Counted from the first letter of the stretch, positions 51,038 through 60,569 are shown. The stretch is DNA of 64,000 nt from an uncultured delta proteobacterium (GCA_963841435.1 CAWJCS010000002.1:288001-352000), one strand, 5' to 3'. Notes: generated from the sequence alone by a model not told the origin. Program-made: numbers and translations.

Positions 51038-52556
51038 ATGCGAAGAACGCCGATTCTGTACGCGGTGACGGTGGCCGTTGTGTCCGCCTGCAGCTCGGGT
51101 GGGTCCGACGCTCCGGGTGGCGTGGGCGAAAACGGCGGAATGGCGCAAGCCGGCGGGGCCTCGGGCACGGGAGGAGCGCTCGCCAGTGGTGGAAACTCAG
51201 CAGCGGGGGGCGGTTCTGGCGTTGGTGGCGCGGTCGCCGCGGGGCGCGGTGGCACTGCGGGGGCAGCGGCTGGCGTCGGAGGGAGCCAGTCGCCAGGCGG
51301 CAGCAGTGGGACGGGCGGTGCAGCCGGCGGGGCTGGCGCAGCGGGCATCGCCGGCAGCATGGTCGCAGGCGGCGCGGGGGCGAGCGGGGCGGGGGCGAGC
51401 GGGGCGGGGGTGGGCGGCGCCAGCGGGGGTCAAAGCGGGTCGAGTGGAGGCACTACTCCTGAGGGTGGAGTGGGCGGCACGAACGTGGCGGGCGGCGGAG
51501 CCGGCGGCAGCGGCGGCAGCGGCGGCAGCTCGGTCGTCCCCGGGTGCACGCCGCCCTCAGCGTACCCCAATCTCTTCGTCACCGTCTCGGGGCACACCCA
51601 GGCGGAGAGCGACGCCAAGATCGCTGCGGCGTGGAACCAGCTCTACAACCCCTCCAATGGGAATACCGTCTACTACGACGGGCCCGGCTCGGACGAGTCG
51701 TACGTCAAGGACACGGGGAACAACGACGTGCGGACCGAGGGCATGTCTTACGGCATGATCACCGCCGTTCAGCTCGACAAGCAGACCCAGTTCGATCGCC
51801 TGTGGGCTTGGGTCAAGAACCACATGGCGCAAGGGACGGGCGAGATCGCGTGGCATTGCTCGACGAGTGGCGGAAAATTGTCGAGCGGCGGCGCACCGGA
51901 CGGCGAAGAGTACATGGCGACCGCGCTGATTTTTGCGCACAACCGCTGGGGTTCGTCGGGGAAGTTCGACTATGCGGTCGAGGCCCAGTGGGTGCTCGAC
52001 CTGATCCGGACGAAGTACTTCAACTCGACCTACCACATCGTCAAGTTCGTCTCGGGCTCGAACAACACCGACGGTTCGTACGTCTTGCCGGCCTTTTATC
52101 AGGTGTGGTCCTGCTTCGACACGGCCAACGCATCGTTCTGGAACGAAGCGGTGACGGCGGGACGCGAGTTCTTCAAAGCCGCAGCAGACTCGAACGGCGT
52201 CATCCCCGACCAATCGTCCTTCACGGGTCAGGCGATGGGCGGCGCCGGTTCCGACGCCAAGCGCTGCGTCATGAACATCATGATGGATACCAACTTCTTC
52301 GCCGCCGACCCGTGGCAGACGCAAACGTACGCGCCCGCATTCGGCGCGTGGATGAAATCCCACAGCGACGGCTCGGCGGCTCAGTTCTCGTGCAACGCGC
52401 TCCTCGGCTTCGGCTTACCCGAGTCGAACTGGCAAGCCTTTCGTGGACAAGATCTGGTCGGCGCCGATACCGACGGGCACGTACCGCTATTACGACGGCA
52501 CGCTCTACATGCTCGGGCTGCTCCACGTGAGCGGCACGTTCCGGCTCTGGTTCTAA
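51038..52556 (+). CDS. GH8 hydrolase lipoprotein (Rex/xylanase-like; one +1 frameshift at 52427-52428)
   Basis: Lipobox VSAC. DVRTEGMSYGM, FDRLWAW, APDGEEY, TDGSY, DAKR. Removing one A yields the GH8-type end ...PTGTYRYYDGTLYMLGLLHVSGTFRLWF*. Confidence 0.85.
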
Positions 52557-52672
52557 CCGAGCGGCGCAGCCTCCCGGCTGAGCTTCGGTCTCGCCCTCGA
52601 GCCAAGCCGGGCGGTTTCCGGGCATCATCGCCGTCGCTTGTGCGGAGCGTGACGCCTGCCGTATTCTGGGGA

Positions 52673-53449
52673 ATGACGAGCCGAGCCGTGAACGCCGCTC
52701 GGACGACTGTCGTCGCGTTGCTCGTGTCGGGCTGCTCGCCCGGCGTGGCGCCGCCCGCCCGGACGGAGCCGCGGACGCCACCACCGGCCGCCGCTGCTGC
52801 TCCCGCCCCTCTGGTCGCGACGGAACCCGAGGGCGACTCGGGCGTGCTCGCCCGGGAGCCGCATGCCGCCGATTCGTCCGATACCCCCGAAGTGCGCCTG
52901 GCTCGCTACCGCGCGCTCTGGACTTCGGAACGCTACCACCCCGCCGCGCTGGAAACGTCTCCGAGGCCCGCGTCGCTCCCAGCCGGCCCCTACGCTTGCC
53001 GCGTCTCGCAGGAATACCGGCTTCGCGACTGCACGGTCGAGAAGGACACCGAGGGCCGCACTTGGCTCGCGTTCGCCGGAGGCAACCTGCTCGGGATGCG
53101 CGGGGTCGTGTGGGACGCGCCCGGCGGGCTCGCGTTCGAGGGTTTTCTCACCGACGAGGAGCCATTCGGGTGCACGAGCTGTCAGGACCGCTGCATCGTC
53201 AACCCGGGCAGTTGCGCCTGCGATCCTCTGCCGCCGGAGGGCGTCGTCGAATGTCTCAAGCAGCCCCTGAAGATGACCCTGAAACGCAACGGGACGGGGC
53301 GCTACCGCGGGACGCTCGTCTACAAGGTCTACTTCAACGAGTACGTCGGCGAGGGGGCCGACCGCCACGTGGAGGGGTTCGTTCCCAAGGAGGAGCGGCT
53401 GATCGTGGACTTGGTTCGGGGAGCGCCGCCAGAGGATCCGAATCGGTAG
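52673..53449 (+). CDS. Cys-rich hypothetical lipoprotein
   Basis: MTSRAV...LLVSGC, Pro/Ala linker, GPYACRV...CTV...GCTSCQDRC...CACD...ECL. Fused to GH8 in the ORF track only because of the frameshift. Confidence 0.7.
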   Translation: MTSRAVNAARTTVVALLVSGCSPGVAPPARTEPRTPPPAAAAAPAPLVATEPEGDSGVLAREPHAADSSDTPEVRLARYRALWTSERYHPAALETSPRPASLPAGPYACRVSQEYRLRDCTVEKDTEGRTWLAFAGGNLLGMRGVVWDAPGGLAFEGFLTDEEPFGCTSCQDRCIVNPGSCACDPLPPEGVVECLKQPLKMTLKRNGTGRYRGTLVYKVYFNEYVGEGADRHVEGFVPKEERLIVDLVRGAPPEDPNR

Positions 53450-53451
53450 CA

Positions 53452-54177
53452 ATGCCAGCCGCTCCTTCGCTAGGCTGGGGCACAAGAGCGAGCTGCCCGG
53501 TGCCGCACGGCGTGCGTCGCGGTGCCCTCGTGCTCGTGCTCGTGCTCGTGCCCGTGCTCGTGCTCGTGCTGTTCCTCGTGCCTGGCGCCGCGGCTGCGGA
53601 GCCGTTGCCCTCGTCGGGCTCGGCGACCTGGGCGCGGGGCCCCTACGGGTCGATGCACATGCTGCTCGAAAAGACGCTCTTGAAGATCAACGTCTTGACC
53701 CTCCACGTGCACGTCACCAGGCCGGTTCAACGGCGCTTCTCGGCGCTCATCGGGAAGAACGGGTATTCGGAAAAGCTGGGCGAGCGGCTCGCCCGCGTCA
53801 TGCTCGCGGCGGACGACGCTCTGATCGAGCAGCGCTTCCTGCGCGACGTGTCGCTGTCGCAGTGGCTGGACGCGGTGTTCGAGAATCTGGAGCAGGCGAG
53901 GGAGGCGGGGCTCATCAGCCGGGAGCTTCTGCAACGCGTGCGGCAGCGGCTACCCGTCACTTTCGGCGCGCTCGCGAAGCGCGGTTACGAGCGTGGCGAC
54001 CGCATCCTTTACCGCGTCGGGGCGGGCTCCGTCCGGACCGTCGTCGTGAGCGACAAGGGCAAGGTGTACGTGGACCGTACCGACGAGGGCAAGGAGCCGC
54101 CGCACGTCGTGCTCGCCACGTACTTCGCTCCGAAGGGTGACTTCCGCGAGCCGCTGCTACGCTCGCTCTTCGAGTGA
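53452..54177 (+). CDS. secreted hypothetical protein, possibly chalcone-isomerase-like fold
   Basis: Signal with a (LV)n core ending AAA|EP. RFLRDVS, ERGDRI, YFAPKGDFREPL. Confidence 0.55.
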   Translation: MPAAPSLGWGTRASCPVPHGVRRGALVLVLVLVPVLVLVLFLVPGAAAAEPLPSSGSATWARGPYGSMHMLLEKTLLKINVLTLHVHVTRPVQRRFSALIGKNGYSEKLGERLARVMLAADDALIEQRFLRDVSLSQWLDAVFENLEQAREAGLISRELLQRVRQRLPVTFGALAKRGYERGDRILYRVGAGSVRTVVVSDKGKVYVDRTDEGKEPPHVVLATYFAPKGDFREPLLRSLFE

Positions 54178-54459
54178 CGGCGACTCACCCCGGGGGCCTC
54201 GGTCCAGCGCGACGCCGGCATGACGCGAGGCGTCAATCCAAGCCCGATGGTGCGACGCCTTCGGTGCGACGCCTGAGCCCCGCAGACCCCGCTTGGTCTC
54301 ACTTTTCGCAGGACGTGTCTCATTTTCTGTGTCAAGGATCTAGGGTGAAAAGTCAGAGAATCACTCTTGATGTAGTCGGGGGAACATGCCCGACCGCTCG
54401 GTTCTGACTGACACGAAGCGGCGCCCTTTCTTGGACGAACGCTGACCTCCGGTGCTCAA

Positions 54460-55269
54460 GTGAACGTCTGCGGCATCTCGATCCTGACCCGAAAGATCCT
54501 CGTCACCCGTCAGTCCGGGTCCGACGCATGGGGTCAATTCTTTCGTGACGTTGCAAGGTCCCACAGAAGCTTTCGTTCGCTGATCACCGCCGACACGCTG
54601 ATCCCATTGCCCGCCTACCTCGCTTTTCACGACGAGCTCATGCGGCGCTTCTTCAGGGAGACCGACGTCTCGCACGTCAAGCTCGGGCGGGACTCGAGCC
54701 GCTGGGCCGTCGGTGATGGCCCGCTCAAGTCGTTCGCGCAAGGGCTCGACCTCGGCGGCGTCGTGGACGCGCTGCCGAGGCTCCACGGGCTCTACTTCCG
54801 GGATGCAACGACTCGGTCCGAAGCCACGCTCACGGGCCAGAGCGTCGAGTTCAAAGTCTTCGACTTGCCGCAGTGGCACCCGTACTTCGAACATTTCATC
54901 GTTGGCTACATCGCCGAGATTCTCGAAATGTTCTGCGCGAATCCAATCCGGACGGTGCGGCTTCGCGGAGGCGCGGGAAAGGAGTATCACTATCTCTTCC
55001 ACGGCGCGCCGACACAGGAGGACGCGCCATCCTCGAGCCGCGATCGCAGGGCCGCCCTCGCAGAGGTTGGGCGCCACCTCTCCAACCGAGAGACCGAAGT
55101 GCTCCTGCTCGTCGCGCACGGCAAGACGAACGAGGAGATCGGCGAAACGCTCGGCATTTCCCGGAAAACTGCTCAGCACCACGTGGCGCGCGCCTACAAG
55201 AAGATCGGCGTGTCCAATCGGGTCGGCGCGGCAGTATGGCTCGCCGAGCGCGGTCTCGTCGGCGACTAG
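54460..55269 (+). CDS. LuxR-type HTH regulator with an uncharacterised N-terminal sensor domain
   Basis: GTG start. C-terminal LSNRETEVLLLVAHGKTNEEIGETLGISRKTAQHHVARAYKKIGVSNR. Confidence 0.85.
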   Translation: MNVCGISILTRKILVTRQSGSDAWGQFFRDVARSHRSFRSLITADTLIPLPAYLAFHDELMRRFFRETDVSHVKLGRDSSRWAVGDGPLKSFAQGLDLGGVVDALPRLHGLYFRDATTRSEATLTGQSVEFKVFDLPQWHPYFEHFIVGYIAEILEMFCANPIRTVRLRGGAGKEYHYLFHGAPTQEDAPSSSRDRRAALAEVGRHLSNRETEVLLLVAHGKTNEEIGETLGISRKTAQHHVARAYKKIGVSNRVGAAVWLAERGLVGD

Positions 55270-55331
55270 CGACGGGTCCTCGGGCGCTCGCGCGACGCCT
55301 CGGGGGCGTTCGGCGGTGCCCGCGCTTCGCG

Positions 55332-56588
55332 CTACGGCAGCGTGAACTTGCTCAAGAAGGTCCAACCGACGGTGGCGTCGCCCGCGGCGTGCATGCCCCC
55401 TTGCTTGACACAAAGCCCGACCTGGACCCCGGAGTCGCATTGCTCGTAGGTGGTGCACTCGCCGTCCATCGTCGTTGGGGCGACACAGCCGTCGAGCCCG
55501 GCCCAACGCTCGAAGCTCGCTTGCGCGCCGAGGAACGTGATGCGACCGCTCGAGCCCTTGCCGCCGGCGAAGGGAACCACCGTGTCGCCCGTGCCGCGGA
55601 AGGCAATCACGCTGATGGGGCGCGACGGCGCACACGGTTCTTCCGCTTCGACCAGTAGATCGAACGCCGACGGCGCCACCGCGGCGAACACGTCGGCCGC
55701 ATTGCAGGCGAGGAAGTGCGACATGCCCCCGCCCATCGAGAAGCCGACCGAATACACCCGCAGCAGGTCGACGCAGCCGTCGCTCGCGATGGATTGAACC
55801 ATGCCCTTCGCGAACCCCAGATCGTCAACGTCGCGTGAGTTGGTGCAGCAGGGGCCGATGTTCCAGGCGCTGTCGATGCCGTCCGGGAATGCGACCAGAA
55901 ACCCCTCGCGGTCGGCGACCTGTCGATACCCCGAGCTCGACTCCTCTTGCATGCCGCTCCCGCCGAGCCCGTGGAAGTCGAGGACCAGCGGGACCGGAGT
56001 CTTGCCGTCGTAGCTCGACGGGACGTGCAGAATGTAAGTGCGAGACGTGCCGCCGATCATCAGTGTGCGGTTGTGGTCGCCCGCCATGAGCGTCGACGTG
56101 GTGCAAGAGCTCTGGCCGGCGCTTCCGCCAGTCCCGCCTTGCCCGGCGGAGCCCGCATCGCCCGAGGCACCAGCGGCGCCCGCACCGCCGCCACCCGCGG
56201 CTCCAGACCCTGCGCCGGCGTCGCCGCCCGCACCGTCGCCGCTCGCGCCACCGCTACCGCTGGCCCCGGACGCGGCGCCCGCGGAGCCCGAAGCGCCGGC
56301 GCCACCCGCACTCGCGCCTCCCGCGCCACCGAGCGCGCCCGCCGCGCCGCTCACGCCGCTCGACCCTGCCGCCGAACCGCCCGCGCCACTCTGCGCTCCG
56401 GCACTTCCTCCGATGGCCCCCGTCCCTGCGATCCCACCGCTGCTCGTCGTACCAGCCGGAGCACCCGCATCGCCGCCGTTGCTGCGCTCCTCGCCGCTCG
56501 AGCACGCGAACGCCAACAACGCCGCCGCGAGACCGAACGACAGGCCGCGACGGCTCGCACGACGATTCGAGATTGGCACGATTGACAC
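55332..56588 (-). CDS. LpqC/PHB-depolymerase-like esterase lipoprotein (possible feruloyl esterase)
   Basis: Lipobox AFAC, Gly stalk. RTYILHVP, DFHGLGG, WNIGPCC, VDDLGF, GFSMGG, GTGDTVV, GGMH. Confidence 0.85.
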   Translation of the reverse strand: MSIVPISNRRASRRGLSFGLAAALLAFACSSGEERSNGGDAGAPAGTTSSGGIAGTGAIGGSAGAQSGAGGSAAGSSGVSGAAGALGGAGGASAGGAGASGSAGAASGASGSGGASGDGAGGDAGAGSGAAGGGGAGAAGASGDAGSAGQGGTGGSAGQSSCTTSTLMAGDHNRTLMIGGTSRTYILHVPSSYDGKTPVPLVLDFHGLGGSGMQEESSSGYRQVADREGFLVAFPDGIDSAWNIGPCCTNSRDVDDLGFAKGMVQSIASDGCVDLLRVYSVGFSMGGGMSHFLACNAADVFAAVAPSAFDLLVEAEEPCAPSRPISVIAFRGTGDTVVPFAGGKGSSGRITFLGAQASFERWAGLDGCVAPTTMDGECTTYEQCDSGVQVGLCVKQGGMHAAGDATVGWTFLSKFTLP

Positions 56589-56778
56589 TCTGCGTAGGGC
56601 GACTCATCCCGGCAATAGGCCGGTCGGCCCCCGCGGCGCGTTCTGCATCACGACGCTCTCCCGAACGGACCTTCGAATGGAACGAGCACCGGAATTGTTC
56701 ACCGGCGGCGGCACGTCACGTTCGCTTCGCGACGATGCCGCCGGCGACGGACGTTGCACGCGTGCGCTTGCCCCAGCG

Positions 56779-58209
56779 TCAACTGGCCAAGTCGTGCTCG
56801 ATCAGCCAGACCGCTGCGCTGGCACGGCTCCGGACCCCGAGCTTGTCTAGGATGCGGGCCACATGGACTTGCACCGTTCGCGGCGAGATGCGCAGCGTAG
56901 TGGCTATCTCTTTGTCCGATTTTCCCCGAACGAGCAGCTGGGACACCTCGAGCTCGCGCCCCGAGAGCCGGTGTAAGCTTGCAGGCCCCACGCGATCGGG
57001 CAGACCGAGAGAGACGAGCACCGCGTCCACGGCGCGCGAGTCCAGTCGCCCCGCGGCGGCTTCCGTCACGAGCTCTCGGGCGATGGTATCGGGGCTCGAG
57101 GCCCGGCGGTACGGCCAATCCTCGCTCATCGAACGTGCCATGTGAGCGGCGGCGAGCACGCGCGCGGGAGTGGACAACGTGCGGGCCGAGCGGTGTTGCG
57201 GGTAGCCGGAGCCGTCCAGGCGCTCGTGAGCCGCGGTCGCGATATCCGCAACCTCGGCCAACGCTTCGATCGGTCGCAGCACGCGCCCCGTGAAGTGAGC
57301 GTGTAGACGCACGCGTTCCAGGGCGGCCCAGTCGAGCGGCCCGCGGCGTGCCCAGATGCCGTTCGGTACGCTCACGCGTCCGAGGTCGTGCAGGAGCGCT
57401 GCCAGACGCAGCGCGCGGGTCTCGCCTGCGCCTAGCCCCAGTTGTGCGGCGGCTCGCGCGGCGAGCGCCGCAACGCCAGTCGAATGACCGAGGAAGATCG
57501 GGGTCGTGAGGTCGGTGAAGACGGCGAGCACGTGCGCAACGTCGTCGAATCGGCGCTCGTCGGCCCATTCAACCGGTCCTGGCTCGAGCTCCAGGAAATG
57601 CTCGAAGATGAAAGGGTCTTCGATGGCCGCAAACAGCGAGCCTTGTTCCTCGAGCAGGAGCTCGACCAGCCACGGCTCGATATCGCTTGCGCCGAGCCAG
57701 TGCACCGCGTCGAGCGCGGCGGCACGACCTTTCGAGGCACGAACGATTTCCACGAGCCGAGCGATCCGATGGAGGCGCAGGGGGAGCGGCGCGACCGTCG
57801 TGTTACCCGGTGGCGTGACCAATGGCTCCACGTGCGCGGGTGTACCGAGCATGCGTACCAAGACACTCAAACGGTGCGCGTACGCAGTGTGCGAGGTCGT
57901 CCACGCAAGCTGACGGAGCGCCCCTTTCAGCTCGGGCATGTCACGCAACGACGTGCTGCTCTCCATCGACGGGCGATCGTCCTCCGGCACCGCCAGGCCT
58001 TCCGGCGCCGTCAGGCCCGTGGCCCCGATATGGGAGAGAAGTGTCACCCAATAGGTGTCGCGCAAAAGCTCCTCGCTCGCGCCGGCTCGCTTCCCGAGCT
58101 CGACGGCAAGCACGGTGGAACGCACGGCATTGCCCGGCACGGTGTCGTCCGCAACGTCGCATGCGAGCGTCAGCCGCCCGAGGAGCTCAGCGATTCTGAT
58201 GGGACCCAT
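56779..58209 (-). CDS. HD-GYP-like domain plus LuxR HTH regulator
   Basis: LLHDLG, HERLDGSGYP. C-terminal LSGRELEV...GKSDKEIA...SPRTVQVHV. Confidence 0.88.
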   Translation of the reverse strand: MGPIRIAELLGRLTLACDVADDTVPGNAVRSTVLAVELGKRAGASEELLRDTYWVTLLSHIGATGLTAPEGLAVPEDDRPSMESSTSLRDMPELKGALRQLAWTTSHTAYAHRLSVLVRMLGTPAHVEPLVTPPGNTTVAPLPLRLHRIARLVEIVRASKGRAAALDAVHWLGASDIEPWLVELLLEEQGSLFAAIEDPFIFEHFLELEPGPVEWADERRFDDVAHVLAVFTDLTTPIFLGHSTGVAALAARAAAQLGLGAGETRALRLAALLHDLGRVSVPNGIWARRGPLDWAALERVRLHAHFTGRVLRPIEALAEVADIATAAHERLDGSGYPQHRSARTLSTPARVLAAAHMARSMSEDWPYRRASSPDTIARELVTEAAAGRLDSRAVDAVLVSLGLPDRVGPASLHRLSGRELEVSQLLVRGKSDKEIATTLRISPRTVQVHVARILDKLGVRSRASAAVWLIEHDLAS

Positions 58210-58236
58210 GCGTGTTCCGAGGCGGGTTCTGGCCTG

Positions 58237-59220
58237 CTAGCCGGGGACGCTGCGTGCGATCCCCGAGTGTCTGCCCGGTGGCAGGAGCGCGAGCAGGGCC
58301 GGGACGATCTGCGCGACCGGTTTGCCGCTCGTGTCGAACGCTGCATGGGCCAGCTGATAGAGCGCCTGGCGGGCCTCCAAGGTGCGTGCGATGTTCTCGA
58401 GCGCTTCGCCGCGAAGCTGCGCGTTCGCAATGCGAGCGTCGTGCTGCAGCAGCACCCGCTCGAACATCACGCGTGGCTTCGCCTTGAGCCAGATCGTGAA
58501 GAACGACGTGAGCAAGACTTCGTAGGTGGCAGGCTCCGCGACGACACCGCCCCCGGTCGCGAGCACCACGTTCGGGTACTCGGCGATGATGCGTTCCAAG
58601 CAGCTGCGCTCGAGCACGCGATAGCCGTGCTGCCCGTAGAGCGTAAAGATTTCGCTGATCGCGAGCTTGGCTTCCTTTTCGATCTCGCGATTGAGCTCCA
58701 CGAACGGAACGCCGAGCCGCTCCGCCAAGAGCGGGCCCAGAGTCGATTTCCCGACGCCGCGAATTCCGATCAAGGCGATGCGCTGGGCTTCGCGGTCGCC
58801 TTCGAACAGCCGCTCTCGAATCCGGGCCAGGCGCTCGGGCGTCTGGCGCTTGAGGAATTCGACGATCATCGTGAGCTCGGGATTGGACGACTCCTCGGCC
58901 GTGACGAAGCTCTCGATGGGCAAATGCAGCGCGATGGCGAGGCGCTGGAGCAGCGCCAGCGAAATGTTGCCCGTCCCCGCCTCCACGCGTCCGAGATAGG
59001 CGAGGGAGATGCCCGACTGCTCCGCCAGCGCCTTGCGCGTCATGAAGCGTTGCGCGCGAGCGCGCCTCAGCCGCTGTGCGAGCAACTCGTGGAGCTCCCT
59101 CTCGCTCGCTCGTGCAGCGAGGTTCTTGCGCGCGGGGGAAGCCAACTCGGCCGCATTCGCTTCGGGGCTCCGGGCCCGGACGCGCGGATTCTTCGGCTCC
59201 TTTTTGGTCGTTCGTTTCAT
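58237..59220 (-). CDS. BzdR/BoxR-family regulator (XRE HTH + shikimate-kinase-like acyl-CoA sensor)
   Basis: MTRKALAEQSGISLAYLGRVEAGTGNIS, RIALIGIRGVGKSTLG, GVPFVELNREIE, LATGGG. Confidence 0.9.
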   Translation of the reverse strand: MKRTTKKEPKNPRVRARSPEANAAELASPARKNLAARASERELHELLAQRLRRARAQRFMTRKALAEQSGISLAYLGRVEAGTGNISLALLQRLAIALHLPIESFVTAEESSNPELTMIVEFLKRQTPERLARIRERLFEGDREAQRIALIGIRGVGKSTLGPLLAERLGVPFVELNREIEKEAKLAISEIFTLYGQHGYRVLERSCLERIIAEYPNVVLATGGGVVAEPATYEVLLTSFFTIWLKAKPRVMFERVLLQHDARIANAQLRGEALENIARTLEARQALYQLAHAAFDTSGKPVAQIVPALLALLPPGRHSGIARSVPG

Positions 59221-59276
59221 CGAGACGTTTCATCCACGAGCTGCGACCCGAATGGCGCCGCCCCGGCGCGCGCGCG

Positions 59277-60533
59277 TCAGGCCGCACGCTCCAGCAAGAT
59301 GGCGATGCCTTGCCCGCCACCCGCGCACGCCGAACAAATCCCGTATTTCCCGCCGGAGCGCTGCAATTCGCGTGCGACGGTGGTCGTCAGTCGAACCCCC
59401 GAAGCCGCCAGGGGGTGCCCGATGGCGATCGCACCACCGTGTACGTTGACCCGCTCGCGTTCGAGCTCGAGCTCTTTCTCGACGGCGAGGTATTGCGCGC
59501 CGAATGCCTCGTTGATCTCGTAGCGATCGACTTGCTCTCGCTTCAGATGAGTGGCTGCGAGGAGCGCGCGGATCGCGGGCACGGGCCCGATGCCCATGAC
59601 CTCGGGCGGCACGCCGACGCTCGCGCCCGCGACGATTCGCGCGAGAGGCGTGAGCCCGTGCTCTCTCACGTAGGCGCCCGATGCAACGAGCGCGGCGGCA
59701 GCGCCATCGACGATGGCCGAGCTGTTGCCCGCGGTTTGCACGCCGTCCTTGCCGAAGGCCGCTCGTAGCGTCTGCAAGACCTCGAACGAGCTCGGCTTCA
59801 CGTGCTCGTCCCGGTCGAAACGCGCGAGCTTGCGCGGGAGCTTGACGCCGCGCGGCTGGTACTCGCCGACGCTCCAGGTCTGGTCCGTGACCGGCGCCAC
59901 TTCTCCCGCCAAAAACCCGCCCTCCCAGCCCTGCAACGCCCGCGAGAAGCTTTGTTCTGCGAAGCGGTCAACCTCGGAGCGGCGGATGCCGTAGTGCCGC
60001 GCCAAGTTCTCTGCCGTCTCGCCCATGCGCGTGTTGGACGAAGTATCGAGCGTGGCCTCCCAGAGGAAGTCCTTGAACTCGACCTGGCCCATCTTGAAAC
60101 CGGTGCGATGCGAGTACGCGGCGACTGGGTTTCTCGACATCGACTCGGTGCCCACGCACAGCGCAAGGCGCGTCTTCCCGAGCTTGATCTGGTCGGCCGC
60201 CGTGAGGATGGTTTCGAATCCCGTTCCGCACAGGCGGTGCACCAAGACCGCCGGCACGCCCAGCGGCACGCCCGCGTAGAGCCCGATCTGGCGCGGCAGG
60301 TAGAAGGCGTCGAAGCTCGACTGCGCGACGTTGCCGGCAACCACGCTGCCAACGTCCGCGGCGGGTACGCCCGAGCGCTCGAACAAGGCGCGCGCCACGT
60401 GGATGCCGAGGTCGGTCGCCGAAACGCCAGAGAGCGCGCTCCCGTAGTCGGCAAACGGGGTGCGGACGCCGCCGAGGAGCCAGATGTCGTCGTAGTGACC
60501 GATGAGGGCGTGTTTTTCGGAGGATTCGAACAT
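59277..60533 (-). CDS. thiolase (acetyl-CoA C-acyltransferase)
   Basis: RTPF, RLCGTG (catalytic Cys), GTESMS, NEAFG, GHPLAASG, CAGGGQG. Confidence 0.93.
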   Translation of the reverse strand: MFESSEKHALIGHYDDIWLLGGVRTPFADYGSALSGVSATDLGIHVARALFERSGVPAADVGSVVAGNVAQSSFDAFYLPRQIGLYAGVPLGVPAVLVHRLCGTGFETILTAADQIKLGKTRLALCVGTESMSRNPVAAYSHRTGFKMGQVEFKDFLWEATLDTSSNTRMGETAENLARHYGIRRSEVDRFAEQSFSRALQGWEGGFLAGEVAPVTDQTWSVGEYQPRGVKLPRKLARFDRDEHVKPSSFEVLQTLRAAFGKDGVQTAGNSSAIVDGAAAALVASGAYVREHGLTPLARIVAGASVGVPPEVMGIGPVPAIRALLAATHLKREQVDRYEINEAFGAQYLAVEKELELERERVNVHGGAIAIGHPLAASGVRLTTTVARELQRSGGKYGICSACAGGGQGIAILLERAA

Positions 60534-60569
60534 GGCTGAGCTCGGGTCGCCGGCGCGGCCCCCTTCCGT

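Noticed and set aside
51038-53449. 803-aa GH8 fusion to a novel Cys-rich domain
   Set aside because: The true GH8 C-terminus lies in another frame ending at 52556, and a second lipoprotein signal starts at 52673. The fusion results from the +1 insertion.
12926-56850. Many Pro-rich and Arg-rich ORFs (for example 12926-13501, 23912-24376, 36725-37498, 56038-56850)
   Set aside because: They are antisense or alternate-frame shadows of the Gly-rich linkers in GC-rich DNA.
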